Shown: positions 16,814 through 27,209, counted from the first letter of the stretch. The stretch: DNA of 64,000 nucleotides from an uncultured Fibrobacter sp. (GCA_946539715.1 CAMNHR010000038.1:14873-78872); one strand, 5' to 3'. The notes: generated from the sequence alone by a model not told the origin. Numbers and translations: made by a program.

Positions 16814-19042
16814 ATGCGCAAACTTTATTTTCCTCTTTTTCTAGGCGTGGCATCCATGGCAGGTGCTGCTGTCACGTTCCATTATAATGTGGCCGGTTAC
16901 GATTCTAACCTTCCCAAGGCACTGGTGGTGGAATCCAGCGACAATTTGAACGGAGCGAGCTATTCCATCAAGAAGGACGGAGCGACGGTCGCTTCGGGAA
17001 CTTTCGGTGTGGGGTCGATTCCCACGGGGTGGACCAATGGCTTTACCGTCTATTACAACCTTGATTTTTCCCAAGTCAAGACACCGGGGTCCTATACCGT
17101 TGAATTCGAGTCCGGCGGCAACACAGTGACATCGAAGGCAATTACCGTTGCAGACAAAAACCTGGCGAGTACGACCCTAGGGCTTGTGCTCAATTATTTC
17201 CGACTGGATCGTAATACTATGACGGGGCATAAAAGTGCGACGATTTACGGAAGCAGCCAGAAAAAGGATGTTCACGGCGGTTGGAGTGATGCCTCCGGTG
17301 ACTATGGCACCTACCTTTCCCATTTGTCTTACGCCAACTACATGAATCCTCAGCAAATTCCTTTGACGGTTTGGGTTCTTGCGCACGCCAACGAGCATAT
17401 CCCTACGGCCGTAACCACGGCCACAAGTGGAGGCTTTGCCCTTGACGAGGCCCTCTGGGGTGCAGACTTTTTGGTACGCATGCTGAGTGATGACGGGTAT
17501 TTCTACACCACTGTCTTTAATGGGTGGAATGCATCCGATGGCGGCTGGAACCTGTGCGCCTTTTCGGGTAGTGCAGGAACGATGTCTTCCAATTACCAGG
17601 CTGCCTACCGCGAAGGTGGCGGTATGGCCATTGCGGCTTTGGCCAGAGCCTCTACGTTAGGGAAGGGTGGCGACTACACCTCGGACGAGTATTTGGCTGC
17701 CGCCAAGACCGGCTTCGATCATCTAGAAAGTAAGCAGACCTTGGGTGGGGATTGTGCTTATTGCGATGATAAAAAGGAAAATATCATTGACGATTATACG
17801 GCTCTTATGGCGGCAACGGAACTTTCCATTGCCACAGGCCTGTCCAAATACATGACTGCTGCTCGCAAGAGGGCGGAACACCTGATCGACCGCCTTAGTG
17901 ACGATGGCTATTTCTGGAGCGATAACGACAAGACCCGTCCGTTCTTCCATGCTAGCGACGCCGGGCTTCCTGTGGTGGCTTTGCTTCGCTACATAGAAAT
18001 GGAGAACAATATCGCGTATGAACCCTGCCCGCCAGAGGCAAACTGTGACAATCCCGGCGAGGTCTTGATGAAAAAAGCCGCCGAAGCTGTCAAGAAACAT
18101 CTGGATTGGATGATCAGCGTGACAGACCGCCAAAACAATCATTTCGGCTATGCCAAGCAAGTTGTCAAAACCGGCGGCAAAATCCAAACGAATTTCTTTA
18201 TCCCTCATGACAATGAGACCAATTACTGGTGGCAGGGAGAAAGTGCAAGACTTGGTTCTTTGGCCTCGGCTGCAGTGTATGCCTCAAGGATGCTTAGCTA
18301 CACTGATTCCGTGAAGGCGTTCCGGTATGCGGCAGACCAGTTGGACTGGCTCTTGGGCAAGAACCCCTTCGATTTGAACGTCATGAAGGGCGTCGGCACT
18401 AAGAATCCGCCGGTTTATCAGAGCTATTCAAGTACAACGTTTACAGGTGGCATTGCCAACGGTATTACCGGGAAAAATACGGATGGTTCCGGCATCGTGT
18501 GGGACGATTATTATGCGGCGGGCTTTTCTGAATCCTGGCAGACCTGGCGTTGGGAAGAACAGTGGTTGCCCCATGCCACCTGGTACCTGATGGCCCTTGC
18601 GACCTGCTACGACGAGCATCCGGTGAAGGTTGTTTTCCCGTCTTCGAGTTCCTCGGGTCAAGGCAGTTCCAGTAGTTCGGGCAGCAATGGTGATATTACC
18701 AGCTCCAATTCCGGCAGTAACGGAGACTCCGGTTCTGGCGGCGGCTCCAATCCGACCGGAAATTCCTCTGGTTCCAATGACAAGGGCGGCAAGGATACGG
18801 ACGGTTTACTCCAGGTTGCGACCGCTGTGGGATTCTCGGTTTTGCAGTCCGGAAATACCCTGCAGGTAACCTTCGCAAATCCTGACCAGCGTAAGTTCTG
18901 CCTGATAGATGTGCATGGCCGTGTGGTGATGAGCACTATCTTATTGAACGCAAGCAATACGGTTCAGCTGTCCACGCTACCTAAGGGAATCTACCTGGTG
19001 CATGTCCAGGGATTCGCCCCGAAGAAGATTGTAGTGCGGTAA
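16814..19042 (+). CDS. glycoside hydrolase family 9 endoglucanase with N-terminal Ig-like domain, Ser/Gly linker and C-terminal sorting-type domain
   Basis: DVHGGWSDASGDYGTY and NYWWQGESARLGS GH9-type motifs; SSSSSGQGSSSSSGSNG linker; last ~75 aa resemble a T9SS-type CTD. Confidence 0.8.
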   Translation: MRKLYFPLFLGVASMAGAAVTFHYNVAGYDSNLPKALVVESSDNLNGASYSIKKDGATVASGTFGVGSIPTGWTNGFTVYYNLDFSQVKTPGSYTVEFESGGNTVTSKAITVADKNLASTTLGLVLNYFRLDRNTMTGHKSATIYGSSQKKDVHGGWSDASGDYGTYLSHLSYANYMNPQQIPLTVWVLAHANEHIPTAVTTATSGGFALDEALWGADFLVRMLSDDGYFYTTVFNGWNASDGGWNLCAFSGSAGTMSSNYQAAYREGGGMAIAALARASTLGKGGDYTSDEYLAAAKTGFDHLESKQTLGGDCAYCDDKKENIIDDYTALMAATELSIATGLSKYMTAARKRAEHLIDRLSDDGYFWSDNDKTRPFFHASDAGLPVVALLRYIEMENNIAYEPCPPEANCDNPGEVLMKKAAEAVKKHLDWMISVTDRQNNHFGYAKQVVKTGGKIQTNFFIPHDNETNYWWQGESARLGSLASAAVYASRMLSYTDSVKAFRYAADQLDWLLGKNPFDLNVMKGVGTKNPPVYQSYSSTTFTGGIANGITGKNTDGSGIVWDDYYAAGFSESWQTWRWEEQWLPHATWYLMALATCYDEHPVKVVFPSSSSSGQGSSSSSGSNGDITSSNSGSNGDSGSGGGSNPTGNSSGSNDKGGKDTDGLLQVATAVGFSVLQSGNTLQVTFANPDQRKFCLIDVHGRVVMSTILLNASNTVQLSTLPKGIYLVHVQGFAPKKIVVR

Positions 19043-19074
19043 AGCCCTTTACCATCCGTCGGTTTATACACCTC

Positions 19075-19100
19075 GTCATGCTCGACCAGGTCGAGCATCC
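19075..19100 (+). repeat. GTC-hairpin (REP-like) element
   Basis: GTCATGCTCGACCaGGTCGAGCATCC. Confidence 0.75.
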
Positions 19101-19163
19101 GTGAGCAACAAAGCCCCAGTTATTAAACTGGGGCGGTTGCCGTCTTCCGTGAGCTATCAAAAA

Positions 19164-19186
19164 AGTCCCCGACACTGTCGGGGACT
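19164..19186. terminator. bidirectional intrinsic terminator between convergent GH9 and GH5 genes
   Basis: AGTCCCCGAcacTGTCGGGGACT hairpin flanked by an A-run and a T-run. Confidence 0.7.
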
Positions 19187-19229
19187 TTCTATATCCTGAA
19201 AGCTGCGGCGATCCCGCTGCAAGCCTAAT

Positions 19230-21389
19230 TTACTTCAGCCGAACTGTCTTGACCATCTTCTGGCTGCCCTGACGGATGACCAGGAAGGCGGTACCCTGAT
19301 AGCTTGTTTCCAAGGAAACGCTGTTGGTGCCACGGGTGGCGTTCACATTCTTGCTTGCAATTACCTGGCCCAGGCTGTTCGTGAGCGAGACAGTCGTGCG
19401 GCCTGCGATAAGGGCGTTGAACGTGGCCGTAATGGCCCCGCGATCAACGGTGAAGTGGACACTTTGGGCGATGGCGGGTGCTGCAATGGCGTCGCTGTTG
19501 TTGGAACCGTTGCTATTCGGCTTGCTACTGTTGTTGCTTGCCGGAGCAGCGGAATTACTGTTGCTGCTTGCGGGCGTTATGGATTCGCTGTAGGTGTAGT
19601 TGTCGGTGTAGTTATTGGCTTTGAACACGTAGTTCACCGTTTTGCCACCTGTGGCGCCGATTGAAGTTGCTGCTGCCACTTTATCGGTCTCGATATTTCC
19701 GAGTTCATCGGGAACCACAACGCCGTCATCCGGGCCGCATTCAAAAACAGTGGTCTTGAATGATTCCAGGGTATCGGCGCCGCCGCCCTTCTTGTTGAGG
19801 AGAATATAGTCGACGGCAAGCTTTCCGGTCATGCCCTTAGCGTTGATGAAAATGACTACGGCGTTTACTTCGGAAATTGTCGTAATGCTGGAAAGAGGAA
19901 CATTTACAGAAGACCAAGCACCATTGGAGACCGTCATGGGTTCTTCAACCCAGTCCCATTTGCTACCGCTCATGGTGACAAAAGACGCTTTTGCCCAGCC
20001 ATCAGCCGCGCTCATGTCGGAATAAATGCGAACGGTTGCGGTTTCGTATTGGCTCCAATCCTTGATATTTGTATTGATGCGGAGAGGTGTATTTGCCGAA
20101 GCGGAACTTGGGCTCTTGAAAATGGCGATGCTGGACTTGTTAACTGTAGAGGAACTTGCCTCAACCAATGCGCTGATGGAGTTTCCGTTCAGGGCACTCA
20201 TGCCGTATTCCTGACGCATGGCGTTCAGAACTTCGTAATCGAGAATGGTGTAGTCCACATTCTTTTGGCGACGAATGACCGTCATGTTCAGGTTGTCTTC
20301 GGCACCGGTATCCCAGATGATGGGCACGATTCCGTCGGCCTTGGCAATCTTGGCGACATAGCCGTACCAGGCGGCACGGGCAAGAAGGTGCTTTTCAAGG
20401 TCCTGGCCTTCGAGGGTCAGGCGTTTCTGGGCTCCCATTTCACCGATGATTACCGGAATGCCTTTGTTCACGAAGGCCGTTTTCAACTTTCCGAACTGGG
20501 TCTCAATAGACTGCTTGGAACCGAGAGCCCCATTGGCACAGGTACGGCTCGCATCTCCCGTGGTGACATCTTCCCAGAAATAGAACATCTTTCCCCAATC
20601 TTCATCGGCCTTCATCAGCGAGAATTGGTAGGGGTAAAAATGTGCTTCGGCCATGGTGTAGCCATCCCCTGCAGGATCTTTTGGGTAATACTGGCTCAAA
20701 AGTTCGTACTTGTCAATCTCGGTGCGAGGCATCTGGAAAACGACGGTACGGGTAGCGTTGTTTCCACCGGATTTGCGGACCTCGTCGATCATGACCTGGT
20801 GGTAACGCTGCAAAATCTGCATACGTTTGGCATCAAATGCTTGCTGCACACCGCCGTTCCACGGGTCGTTCACGCCGGGTTCGTTGGCACTTGCAAAAAT
20901 CAGGTGCTCGTCATAGTCCTTGAAACGGCTTGCCAAGTGACCCCAGATGGCTTTCTGGTTCTTAATGACGGTAGCGGAATCTGCCGGGAAGACCTTGTCT
21001 TCGAGCCAGCCGGTATCCCAGTGGCTGTTGAGCACTACGTAAAGGCCGTCCTTGATACACATGTCCACCACGGTCTGTACCGTATCGATCCAGCCCTTGC
21101 TGACTTTTCCGTCGCTGACGTGGGAATACCAGGCAGTCGGAAGTCGGACGGTGCTAAAACCCGCTGCCTTGATGGAGTCAACATAGGCTTGGCTCGGCAA
21201 GGGGTTTCCCCAGCCGGTGGGGCCACCCTGGTTTGCAGGAACTTCTAACGTGTTTCCGATGTTGAAACCGAAACCCATCTTGCTTACCAATGCGGATGCC
21301 TTGGGCAAATCGGCGGCAAGGGCCATGGAGCCGCTGGCCACAATGGCCAACCCAAACGCGGTAGTCATTTTCAAGATATTCATACTCAA
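19230..21389 (-). CDS. glycoside hydrolase family 5 endoglucanase with accessory beta-sandwich domain(s) and C-terminal sorting-type domain
   Basis: GFNIGNTLE, VVLNSHWD, FASANEPG (acid/base Glu) and IIGEMGA (nucleophile Glu) motifs; signal peptide; CTD-like end. Confidence 0.8.
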   Translation of the reverse strand: MSMNILKMTTAFGLAIVASGSMALAADLPKASALVSKMGFGFNIGNTLEVPANQGGPTGWGNPLPSQAYVDSIKAAGFSTVRLPTAWYSHVSDGKVSKGWIDTVQTVVDMCIKDGLYVVLNSHWDTGWLEDKVFPADSATVIKNQKAIWGHLASRFKDYDEHLIFASANEPGVNDPWNGGVQQAFDAKRMQILQRYHQVMIDEVRKSGGNNATRTVVFQMPRTEIDKYELLSQYYPKDPAGDGYTMAEAHFYPYQFSLMKADEDWGKMFYFWEDVTTGDASRTCANGALGSKQSIETQFGKLKTAFVNKGIPVIIGEMGAQKRLTLEGQDLEKHLLARAAWYGYVAKIAKADGIVPIIWDTGAEDNLNMTVIRRQKNVDYTILDYEVLNAMRQEYGMSALNGNSISALVEASSSTVNKSSIAIFKSPSSASANTPLRINTNIKDWSQYETATVRIYSDMSAADGWAKASFVTMSGSKWDWVEEPMTVSNGAWSSVNVPLSSITTISEVNAVVIFINAKGMTGKLAVDYILLNKKGGGADTLESFKTTVFECGPDDGVVVPDELGNIETDKVAAATSIGATGGKTVNYVFKANNYTDNYTYSESITPASSNSNSAAPASNNSSKPNSNGSNNSDAIAAPAIAQSVHFTVDRGAITATFNALIAGRTTVSLTNSLGQVIASKNVNATRGTNSVSLETSYQGTAFLVIRQGSQKMVKTVRLK

Positions 21390-21509
21390 TCCTTTTTTGT
21401 TAATATCCCGTCGTAAATATAACTTGAACCGGCGAAAATCCGTAGGCCGGTTTTGTTTACAATGTGGACATATTGTCCAAAATAAGCAGGTTCGTAAGAA
21501 TTGGGTAAG

Positions 21510-22403
21510 TTATCGCCGGCCCTTGTATTCCGCGATGGCCATACCCAGGACGATGGTGGCGGCTCCTGCCCAAGCCACAGGAGAGATGCGTTCCCCGATT
21601 GCAATCATGGCGGTGACGATGGTCACCAGGGGCAGGGCGTAGACATAGTTGCTGGCCAGGACCGTACCCAGTTTTTCGAGGACGGTATTCCACGCCACAT
21701 AGCCCAGTAGCGAAGAGAATATGGCGAGGCACAAAAAGTTAAACGCCACCACGGGTTCGGCGAAGTTTTCCCAGGGAATGGAACGCCCTTGCAGGTGTTC
21801 TGCAGCCATGAGGGGGATGGAACTGACAATGCTGTAGAAAAAAATTTTCCGGGTGATGAACAGGGTGCTGTACCGTGCCTTGAAGGGCTTGAGGCTCAGG
21901 GAGTAGATGGTCCAGAGAATGGCCGCCACAAAGGCGAGAAAATCCCCCAGGGGTGAAAGTTTCAATATGAACTTGCCGTTGAGGACCACCAGCACCATCC
22001 CTACGAAGGTCAGCAGGGAACCCAGTATTTGTCTGGACTTGAGCCGCTCGCTTTTGAACAGTAGCCCGCCAAAAATCATGATGAGCAGCGGGTTGGTACA
22101 GACGATGAGGGACACGTTAGAAGACGGCGACAGGGTGAGGGCCGTGTTTTCCGCCCAAAAGTACAGCGTACCGCCGGTGATGCCGCTGATGAACAGCAAA
22201 AACTCGTCCTTGAAGTTTTGTGCCAGGATTTTCTTGTGGTTTATGGCCAGCAACAGCAGGTAGGTGAACACGAACCGGATAAAGAACACCTGTACCGCCG
22301 AAAAACCGTGGGTCAGCAGGACCTTGGTACTCACGAAGCTCGTGCCCCAGAAGATTACGGTGGCAACGGCCAATATGTGCCAGATGGCGGTGCTGTTTTT
22401 CAT
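21510..22403 (-). CDS. DMT-superfamily (EamA) transporter
   Basis: About 10 TM helices forming two EamA-like halves. Confidence 0.75.
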   Translation of the reverse strand: MKNSTAIWHILAVATVIFWGTSFVSTKVLLTHGFSAVQVFFIRFVFTYLLLLAINHKKILAQNFKDEFLLFISGITGGTLYFWAENTALTLSPSSNVSLIVCTNPLLIMIFGGLLFKSERLKSRQILGSLLTFVGMVLVVLNGKFILKLSPLGDFLAFVAAILWTIYSLSLKPFKARYSTLFITRKIFFYSIVSSIPLMAAEHLQGRSIPWENFAEPVVAFNFLCLAIFSSLLGYVAWNTVLEKLGTVLASNYVYALPLVTIVTAMIAIGERISPVAWAGAATIVLGMAIAEYKGRR

Positions 22404-22420
22404 CGCGAGAAATGTAGAAA

Positions 22421-22564
22421 TAAGGGATTAGGGGCTAGAGACTAGAGATTAGGATTTAGTGAACAAGAAACACGCACTTCGTGCGTTTGGAACGAATGGC
22501 GAAACCATGGTATTTTTCTCTAACCCCTAAATCCTAGATCCTAACCCCTAGATCCTAATCTCTG
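22421..22564. repeat. heptamer-array inverted repeat (TAAGGGA TTAGGGG CTAGAGA CTAGAGA TTAGGAT ... CTCTAAC CCCTAAA TCCTAGA TCCTAAC CCCTAGA TCCTAAT)
   Basis: Arms at 22421-22461 and 22518-22564 flank the hairpin AAACGCACttcGTGCGTTT; lies in the divergent promoter region between the DMT gene and glk. Confidence 0.85.
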
Positions 22565-22603
22565 AATTACTATATTCCAAGTGTATAACCTGGAGTTTTT
22601 TTT

Positions 22604-23671
22604 ATGGAAATCAAATGGCTTAATCCCGACGCAAAGTTTGACCGCCTGGTTTTGGCAGGCGATATTGGTGGCACCAACACGAACCTTGGTCTTGTGGGCT
22701 ACAAGGACGGCAAGTTCACGCTGATTCTTGAAACGGTGTGCCCCTCCAAGGACATCGACGGTCTCGACGCTCCCATCCGCGAGACCCTCAAGCTTGCCGC
22801 GGAAAGCCGTGCCGACCTCAAACCGAGCCACGTGTGCATCAGTGCCGCGGGTCCGGTGGCTGCCAACAAGTGCGTCATGACGAATCTCCCGTGGAGCGTG
22901 GATGGCGACGCCCTTACCGCGGCGACCGGCATCCCGACCCTTGTGATTAACGACTTTATGGCCATCAGCTACGGCATCCCGACACTGGACGTGGATGACC
23001 CGAAGCAGATTTTCAAGCTTACCCATACCGACGGCAGCCAGCCCGCTCCGCAGAAGGCGACCAAGGCCGTGATTGGTCCGGGTACCGGCATGGGCGTTGG
23101 TTTCCTTGCCTTCGACGGCGAGAAGTACATCCCGGCAAGTTCCGAAGGCGGGCATTCCACCTTCGCTCCCTTCGACAAGGATTCCCAGGAATTCCACGAC
23201 TACATGGAAAAGAAGATTGGTACCGTGCCCGGTGTAGAGCCTCTCGTGTCTGGCATGGGGCTTCGCAACATGTACGAATGGTGGAAGGAGACCCGCGGCG
23301 TTCCTGATAACGAGGCCTTCAAGAAGATTGAAGAAACTGAACCCAACGATCGCCCGAAGTACATCAGCCGCGCAAGCGATACCGACCCGGTGGCCGCCGA
23401 GATGATGCGCCTGTTCGTGAAGATGCTGGCTCGCTTTGCAAGCGATGCCTCTACGCTGTTCTTGCCCCTGGGTGGCCTCTATCTGGCTGGCGGCACGGTG
23501 CAGAAGGACCTGCGCTGGCTCGAGCGCGACAACCTGTTCATGAAGTACTTCGAAAAGAACTACAACCCGAACATCCGTCCGCTTTTGAACAAGATTCCGG
23601 TGTACATCATCAAGGATTACAGCATCAGCCTGTACGGTGCTGCCAACGCCAGCCTGAACTTGCAGAAGTAG
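22604..23671 (+). CDS. glk: glucokinase
   Basis: LAGDIGGTNTNLGL ATP-binding motif; Glk-family length and layout. Confidence 0.85.
   Translation: MEIKWLNPDAKFDRLVLAGDIGGTNTNLGLVGYKDGKFTLILETVCPSKDIDGLDAPIRETLKLAAESRADLKPSHVCISAAGPVAANKCVMTNLPWSVDGDALTAATGIPTLVINDFMAISYGIPTLDVDDPKQIFKLTHTDGSQPAPQKATKAVIGPGTGMGVGFLAFDGEKYIPASSEGGHSTFAPFDKDSQEFHDYMEKKIGTVPGVEPLVSGMGLRNMYEWWKETRGVPDNEAFKKIEETEPNDRPKYISRASDTDPVAAEMMRLFVKMLARFASDASTLFLPLGGLYLAGGTVQKDLRWLERDNLFMKYFEKNYNPNIRPLLNKIPVYIIKDYSISLYGAANASLNLQK
23631..23671 (+). repeat. direct repeat copy 1 (last 41 nt of glk)
   Basis: TGTACGGTGCTGCCAACGCCAGCCTGAACTTGCAGAAGTAG; 38/41 identical to 24512-24552. Confidence 0.9.
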
Positions 23672-23735
23672 TCTCGCGTTGTCACGCTAGCTTTAGACTG
23701 GTAAGTGTGAGTGTGATTGCTAATAGGAGGAGAAT

Positions 23736-24503
23736 ATGTTTTTTCTATTAGTCGTCCTCATAATTCCAACGTTTTTATTTGCGCAGGATTGCGAAGTTAA
23801 AAGCTATCGCTTATTGGATATGATGTATCCGTCAACAGAGATAAATCTTCTAGATGATTATAGTCTAGATTTGTCAAAGATGCCGGACGTAAGTAATGAA
23901 ATGAAAAATTACAGTACAAGTGAGGCTGACTATTGGGCGTATTTGTCGCCGTCTGACTCATCGATTATGGTTTTTGTTCTAGAAGACGGTATGAAATTTT
24001 TTGGAATTTGTTCCTCGAAAGAAGATTGTGACAATAAGTCAAAAGATTTCTTTATTAGGGATGTCATTATTGATGAATTTAATCGGCTTCAATCGGTAGG
24101 CGTATTTGCCGGAACTGCGCGGGAGGCGGATTCATTAATACATCATATTGTGGATAAAATAGAAAACACCCCTTATGCACCGACTGCCTATGATGCAAAA
24201 TCATATAATTTGCGACGTCAAAATGAAGATGTGGCGGAAATGATTGTTCCTAAGTCTAGTTTTTGTAGCAATTTGGGTGGAAAATATGATGGCCAATTGT
24301 GTGGCTTGATTGATACGGTGCGTCAATGTATTTTGGTGTCTGACAAAGTCCAACCTCAACAGATATTGACCCCTAGAAAAATAAAGATGGGAAAACAATA
24401 TCGTATTTTTGACTTGAATGGAAATTTTATCGGAACTGAAACTTGGCAAGGAGCTTTTCCAAAGTATAGTTTCCCCGTTGTAATCCGATTTATTGATCGG
24501 TAA
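23736..24503 (+). CDS. hypothetical secreted protein, visibly AT-rich gene
   Basis: Signal peptide MFFLLVVLIIPTFLFA; AGGAGGAG RBS; C-terminus (YRIFDLNGNFIG..VVIRFIDR) resembles a short CTD; bracketed by the glk 3'-end repeat. Confidence 0.65.
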   Translation: MFFLLVVLIIPTFLFAQDCEVKSYRLLDMMYPSTEINLLDDYSLDLSKMPDVSNEMKNYSTSEADYWAYLSPSDSSIMVFVLEDGMKFFGICSSKEDCDNKSKDFFIRDVIIDEFNRLQSVGVFAGTAREADSLIHHIVDKIENTPYAPTAYDAKSYNLRRQNEDVAEMIVPKSSFCSNLGGKYDGQLCGLIDTVRQCILVSDKVQPQQILTPRKIKMGKQYRIFDLNGNFIGTETWQGAFPKYSFPVVIRFIDR

Positions 24504-24511
24504 AACTTGTT

Positions 24512-24552
24512 TGTACGGTGCCGCAAACGCCAGCCTGAACTTGCAGAAGTAA
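24512..24552 (+). repeat. direct repeat copy 2 (non-coding duplicate of the glk 3' end)
   Basis: TGTACGGTGCCGCAAACGCCAGCCTGAACTTGCAGAAGTAA. Confidence 0.9.
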
Positions 24553-24568
24553 AGATATTTACCGGGTC

Positions 24569-25507
24569 TCAAGTTCTGCCAAATATTTTAATGGACGCTT
24601 CCTGGTCCACGTCCATGGTTTCGCCCCAGTAATTTTCGGGACGGGAAATCTTGTGTTGCCTGACGTAATTCAAGGCAATGTTGATGTTGGCGTGCATGTT
24701 GTCGGTAATGTCATAGGAAGGAGCGAATACGAAGGGAACGGACACCAATGACTTGCCGCCACATTCTTCACCATCGCTGTTTATGTACCAGTAGACGATT
24801 TCATAACAGTCGGAGTAGGCATTGGGAGTGAAGAAGGTTTTTTGTCTTTTTCGCTCTGCATCCAGATTTTTTGAGAAAAAGGGCATTTTCGTGACGATAG
24901 CGACACCGATACCGGTTTTCCCTGGAAGCAGGAATTCCACCATTTCACCCGGGCAGAATGAAATCTCTGTTGGATTTCGTCCGAAGGACCTTCCCTTGAA
25001 GCCTGGATATCGGGATATGTCGGGAATGTTGGATTTTTGCCAGAGTTTGCCGTTGGGAAGGTACCACCGCTCCGATACGGTCTTGCCGACATAATAGGAA
25101 TAGTTGAAAGGAATTTCGCAGACATAGAAACCGCTTATATCCAGATCGGGGTAGCTTTCAGCGATAGTCGTGATTTCGTTTTCTACTTCAATAAGAGAGA
25201 ATGACGAAAAATTTGCGAAGGGTAAAATTTCAAAACCATACAGACGCCTTGACCCTAGACGGGCGCCGCCATGTCTGCTAGGCAACTTTTTGTAGGCGGT
25301 TAACATAAAAATGGTTTGAACACCGTTGCCTTCGGGTTGATAGGTCTCGTCGCAGTATTTCCATGAGGTTACCTTGTCCGCGTCAAAACGGATGTCGAAT
25401 TGGCTATAGAAACGAAAACCGTCGAATACGCCGATTTCTTCGCTATCGCTAAGACTATGGTGGAATGCGATGCGCTTGCCAATTTCGGGAAGGTCTTGGT
25501 TTGTCAT
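24569..25507 (-). CDS. hypothetical cytoplasmic protein (no recognisable domain); start uncertain (25507 or 25552)
   Basis: Long ORF with no signal peptide and no motif I can assign. Confidence 0.6.
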   Translation of the reverse strand: MTNQDLPEIGKRIAFHHSLSDSEEIGVFDGFRFYSQFDIRFDADKVTSWKYCDETYQPEGNGVQTIFMLTAYKKLPSRHGGARLGSRRLYGFEILPFANFSSFSLIEVENEITTIAESYPDLDISGFYVCEIPFNYSYYVGKTVSERWYLPNGKLWQKSNIPDISRYPGFKGRSFGRNPTEISFCPGEMVEFLLPGKTGIGVAIVTKMPFFSKNLDAERKRQKTFFTPNAYSDCYEIVYWYINSDGEECGGKSLVSVPFVFAPSYDITDNMHANINIALNYVRQHKISRPENYWGETMDVDQEASIKIFGRT

Positions 25508-25611
25508 GTTGGTTCCGCCTTTTGGGAATGATTTTTGACGATTTGACACCATATCTATCGCTATTAGAAACTAAAAAGTCAAATGGGAGTGTTTTTTCTA
25601 AATTTGGCCCC

Positions 25612-27048
25612 ATGCTTTTTTCTGAACTCCCTCTGGCAAACCCCTTGCAACGTGCCATCCGTGCCGTAGGCTACGAAACGCCCACCCCCATCCAGGAACA
25701 GTCTATCCCGAGCCTTCTCGAAGGTAAGGACCTGCTGGGAATCGCCCAGACGGGCACCGGCAAGACGGCGGCATTCGCCCTGCCGATTTTGCAGTTGCTT
25801 CTGGATTCTGGAAAGCTCCGTGCGCCCAAGACCTGCCGGGCCTTGATCCTGCTTCCTACTCGGGAACTTGCCATCCAGGTGGAGGAATGCTTCAAGCAGT
25901 ACGCCCAGTTTACGGCTATTTCCAGTACCTGCATCTTTGGCGGCGTCGGAGACGCCTCCCAGAAAAACTGCCTGGTCCGGGGCGTAGACGTGCTGGTGGC
26001 CACTCCCGGCCGTCTGCTGGATCTTATCGGCCAGAAGGCGGTTTCCCTGAAGGCACTGGAATTCTTTGTGCTGGACGAGGCCGACCGCATGCTGGACATG
26101 GGGTTCATCCACGATATCCGCAAGGTGGTGGCGCTCCTGCCGCAAAAGCGCCAGAACCTGTTCTTCAGCGCCACCATGCCCGACGACATCACCAAGTTGG
26201 CATCGACCATCCTCCGGCCGAATCCGGTCCGTGTGGAGGTGGCACCCCAGAGCACGCCCATCGAACGCATCCGTCAGGAACTGTACCGTATTGACAAGCG
26301 CCGCAAGGGAGCGCTCCTGAAGGAACTGTTGCTGGAACATCCCGAAATGAAGAAGGTGCTGGTCTTTAGCCGCACCAAGCACGGCGCCGACAAGATTGTC
26401 CGGGTGCTGGAAAAGGCGGGAGTCAAGTGCGCCGCCATCCACGGCAACAAGAGCCAGAATCGTCGCCAGGAAGCCCTGAAGAACTTCAAGGACGAAAAAA
26501 TCCGGGTGCTGGTGGCTACCGACATCGCCGCCCGCGGTATTGACGTGGACGACGTCTCCCACGTGTTCAACTACGATTTGCCCGACGTTCCCGAGACCTT
26601 CGTGCACCGCATAGGCCGCACCGCCCGCGCGGGCAAGGACGGCATCGCCATCTCGTTCTGCGCTCCCGACGAGGAGCAGGACCTGCGCGCCATCGAGAAG
26701 CTCACCAAGATAAAGATTCCCGAAGGCGACAAGGCCATATTCGAGAAACTCCCGCCTCCGCAGAAAGAAACTCCCGAAAGCGAGATGCGGAACGCCCGAG
26801 GTCGTGGGTTCCCGCGCCGCGAAAAACAGGCACAGAATTCTAAACCTGTGCAGTCCCCAGAACCGTCACAGGCTTCTCCCAAACCCCCAAGGCAACTGTC
26901 TCTCAAAACGACGCAGCCTGTGCAACAGCCCAAACCCGAGCATAATTCCCAGCGGCCTCAAAATTCCGGTCATCACAAGCGCCGTCGCAATCGCCCTGGC
27001 TCAAAGGCCCGCCGCCGTATGCGGGAATCGGGCAATATTCCAAATTAG
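25612..27048 (+). CDS. DEAD-box ATP-dependent RNA helicase (RhlE-like) with basic C-terminal tail
   Basis: F..L Q-motif region, AQTGTGKT, LDEADRM, SAT, HRIGRTARAG; Lys/Arg/Pro/Gln-rich tail. ATG at 25612 is preferred over the 25465 extension. Confidence 0.9.
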   Translation: MLFSELPLANPLQRAIRAVGYETPTPIQEQSIPSLLEGKDLLGIAQTGTGKTAAFALPILQLLLDSGKLRAPKTCRALILLPTRELAIQVEECFKQYAQFTAISSTCIFGGVGDASQKNCLVRGVDVLVATPGRLLDLIGQKAVSLKALEFFVLDEADRMLDMGFIHDIRKVVALLPQKRQNLFFSATMPDDITKLASTILRPNPVRVEVAPQSTPIERIRQELYRIDKRRKGALLKELLLEHPEMKKVLVFSRTKHGADKIVRVLEKAGVKCAAIHGNKSQNRRQEALKNFKDEKIRVLVATDIAARGIDVDDVSHVFNYDLPDVPETFVHRIGRTARAGKDGIAISFCAPDEEQDLRAIEKLTKIKIPEGDKAIFEKLPPPQKETPESEMRNARGRGFPRREKQAQNSKPVQSPEPSQASPKPPRQLSLKTTQPVQQPKPEHNSQRPQNSGHHKRRRNRPGSKARRRMRESGNIPN

Positions 27049-27209
27049 AATAGCACTACACATCCCTTGATATAGTGATAAATGGCGTATTTTTATGCCT
27101 TTTATCTTTTTTTGTGGATATTTGGCATTTTTTTGATTATTTTCATTCCGTTAGGTATTGCAGCATCGCGTGTTGCAGTGTATGCTGGTACAAAAAAAAG
27201 GAGAGGTGT

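Noticed and set aside
22421-22461. Telomere-like TTAGGG(G) repeats
   Set aside because: The resemblance to the eukaryotic telomere unit is limited to one or two units of a degenerate period-7 array. The other loci use unrelated units, and the context is an ordinary bacterial intergenic region.
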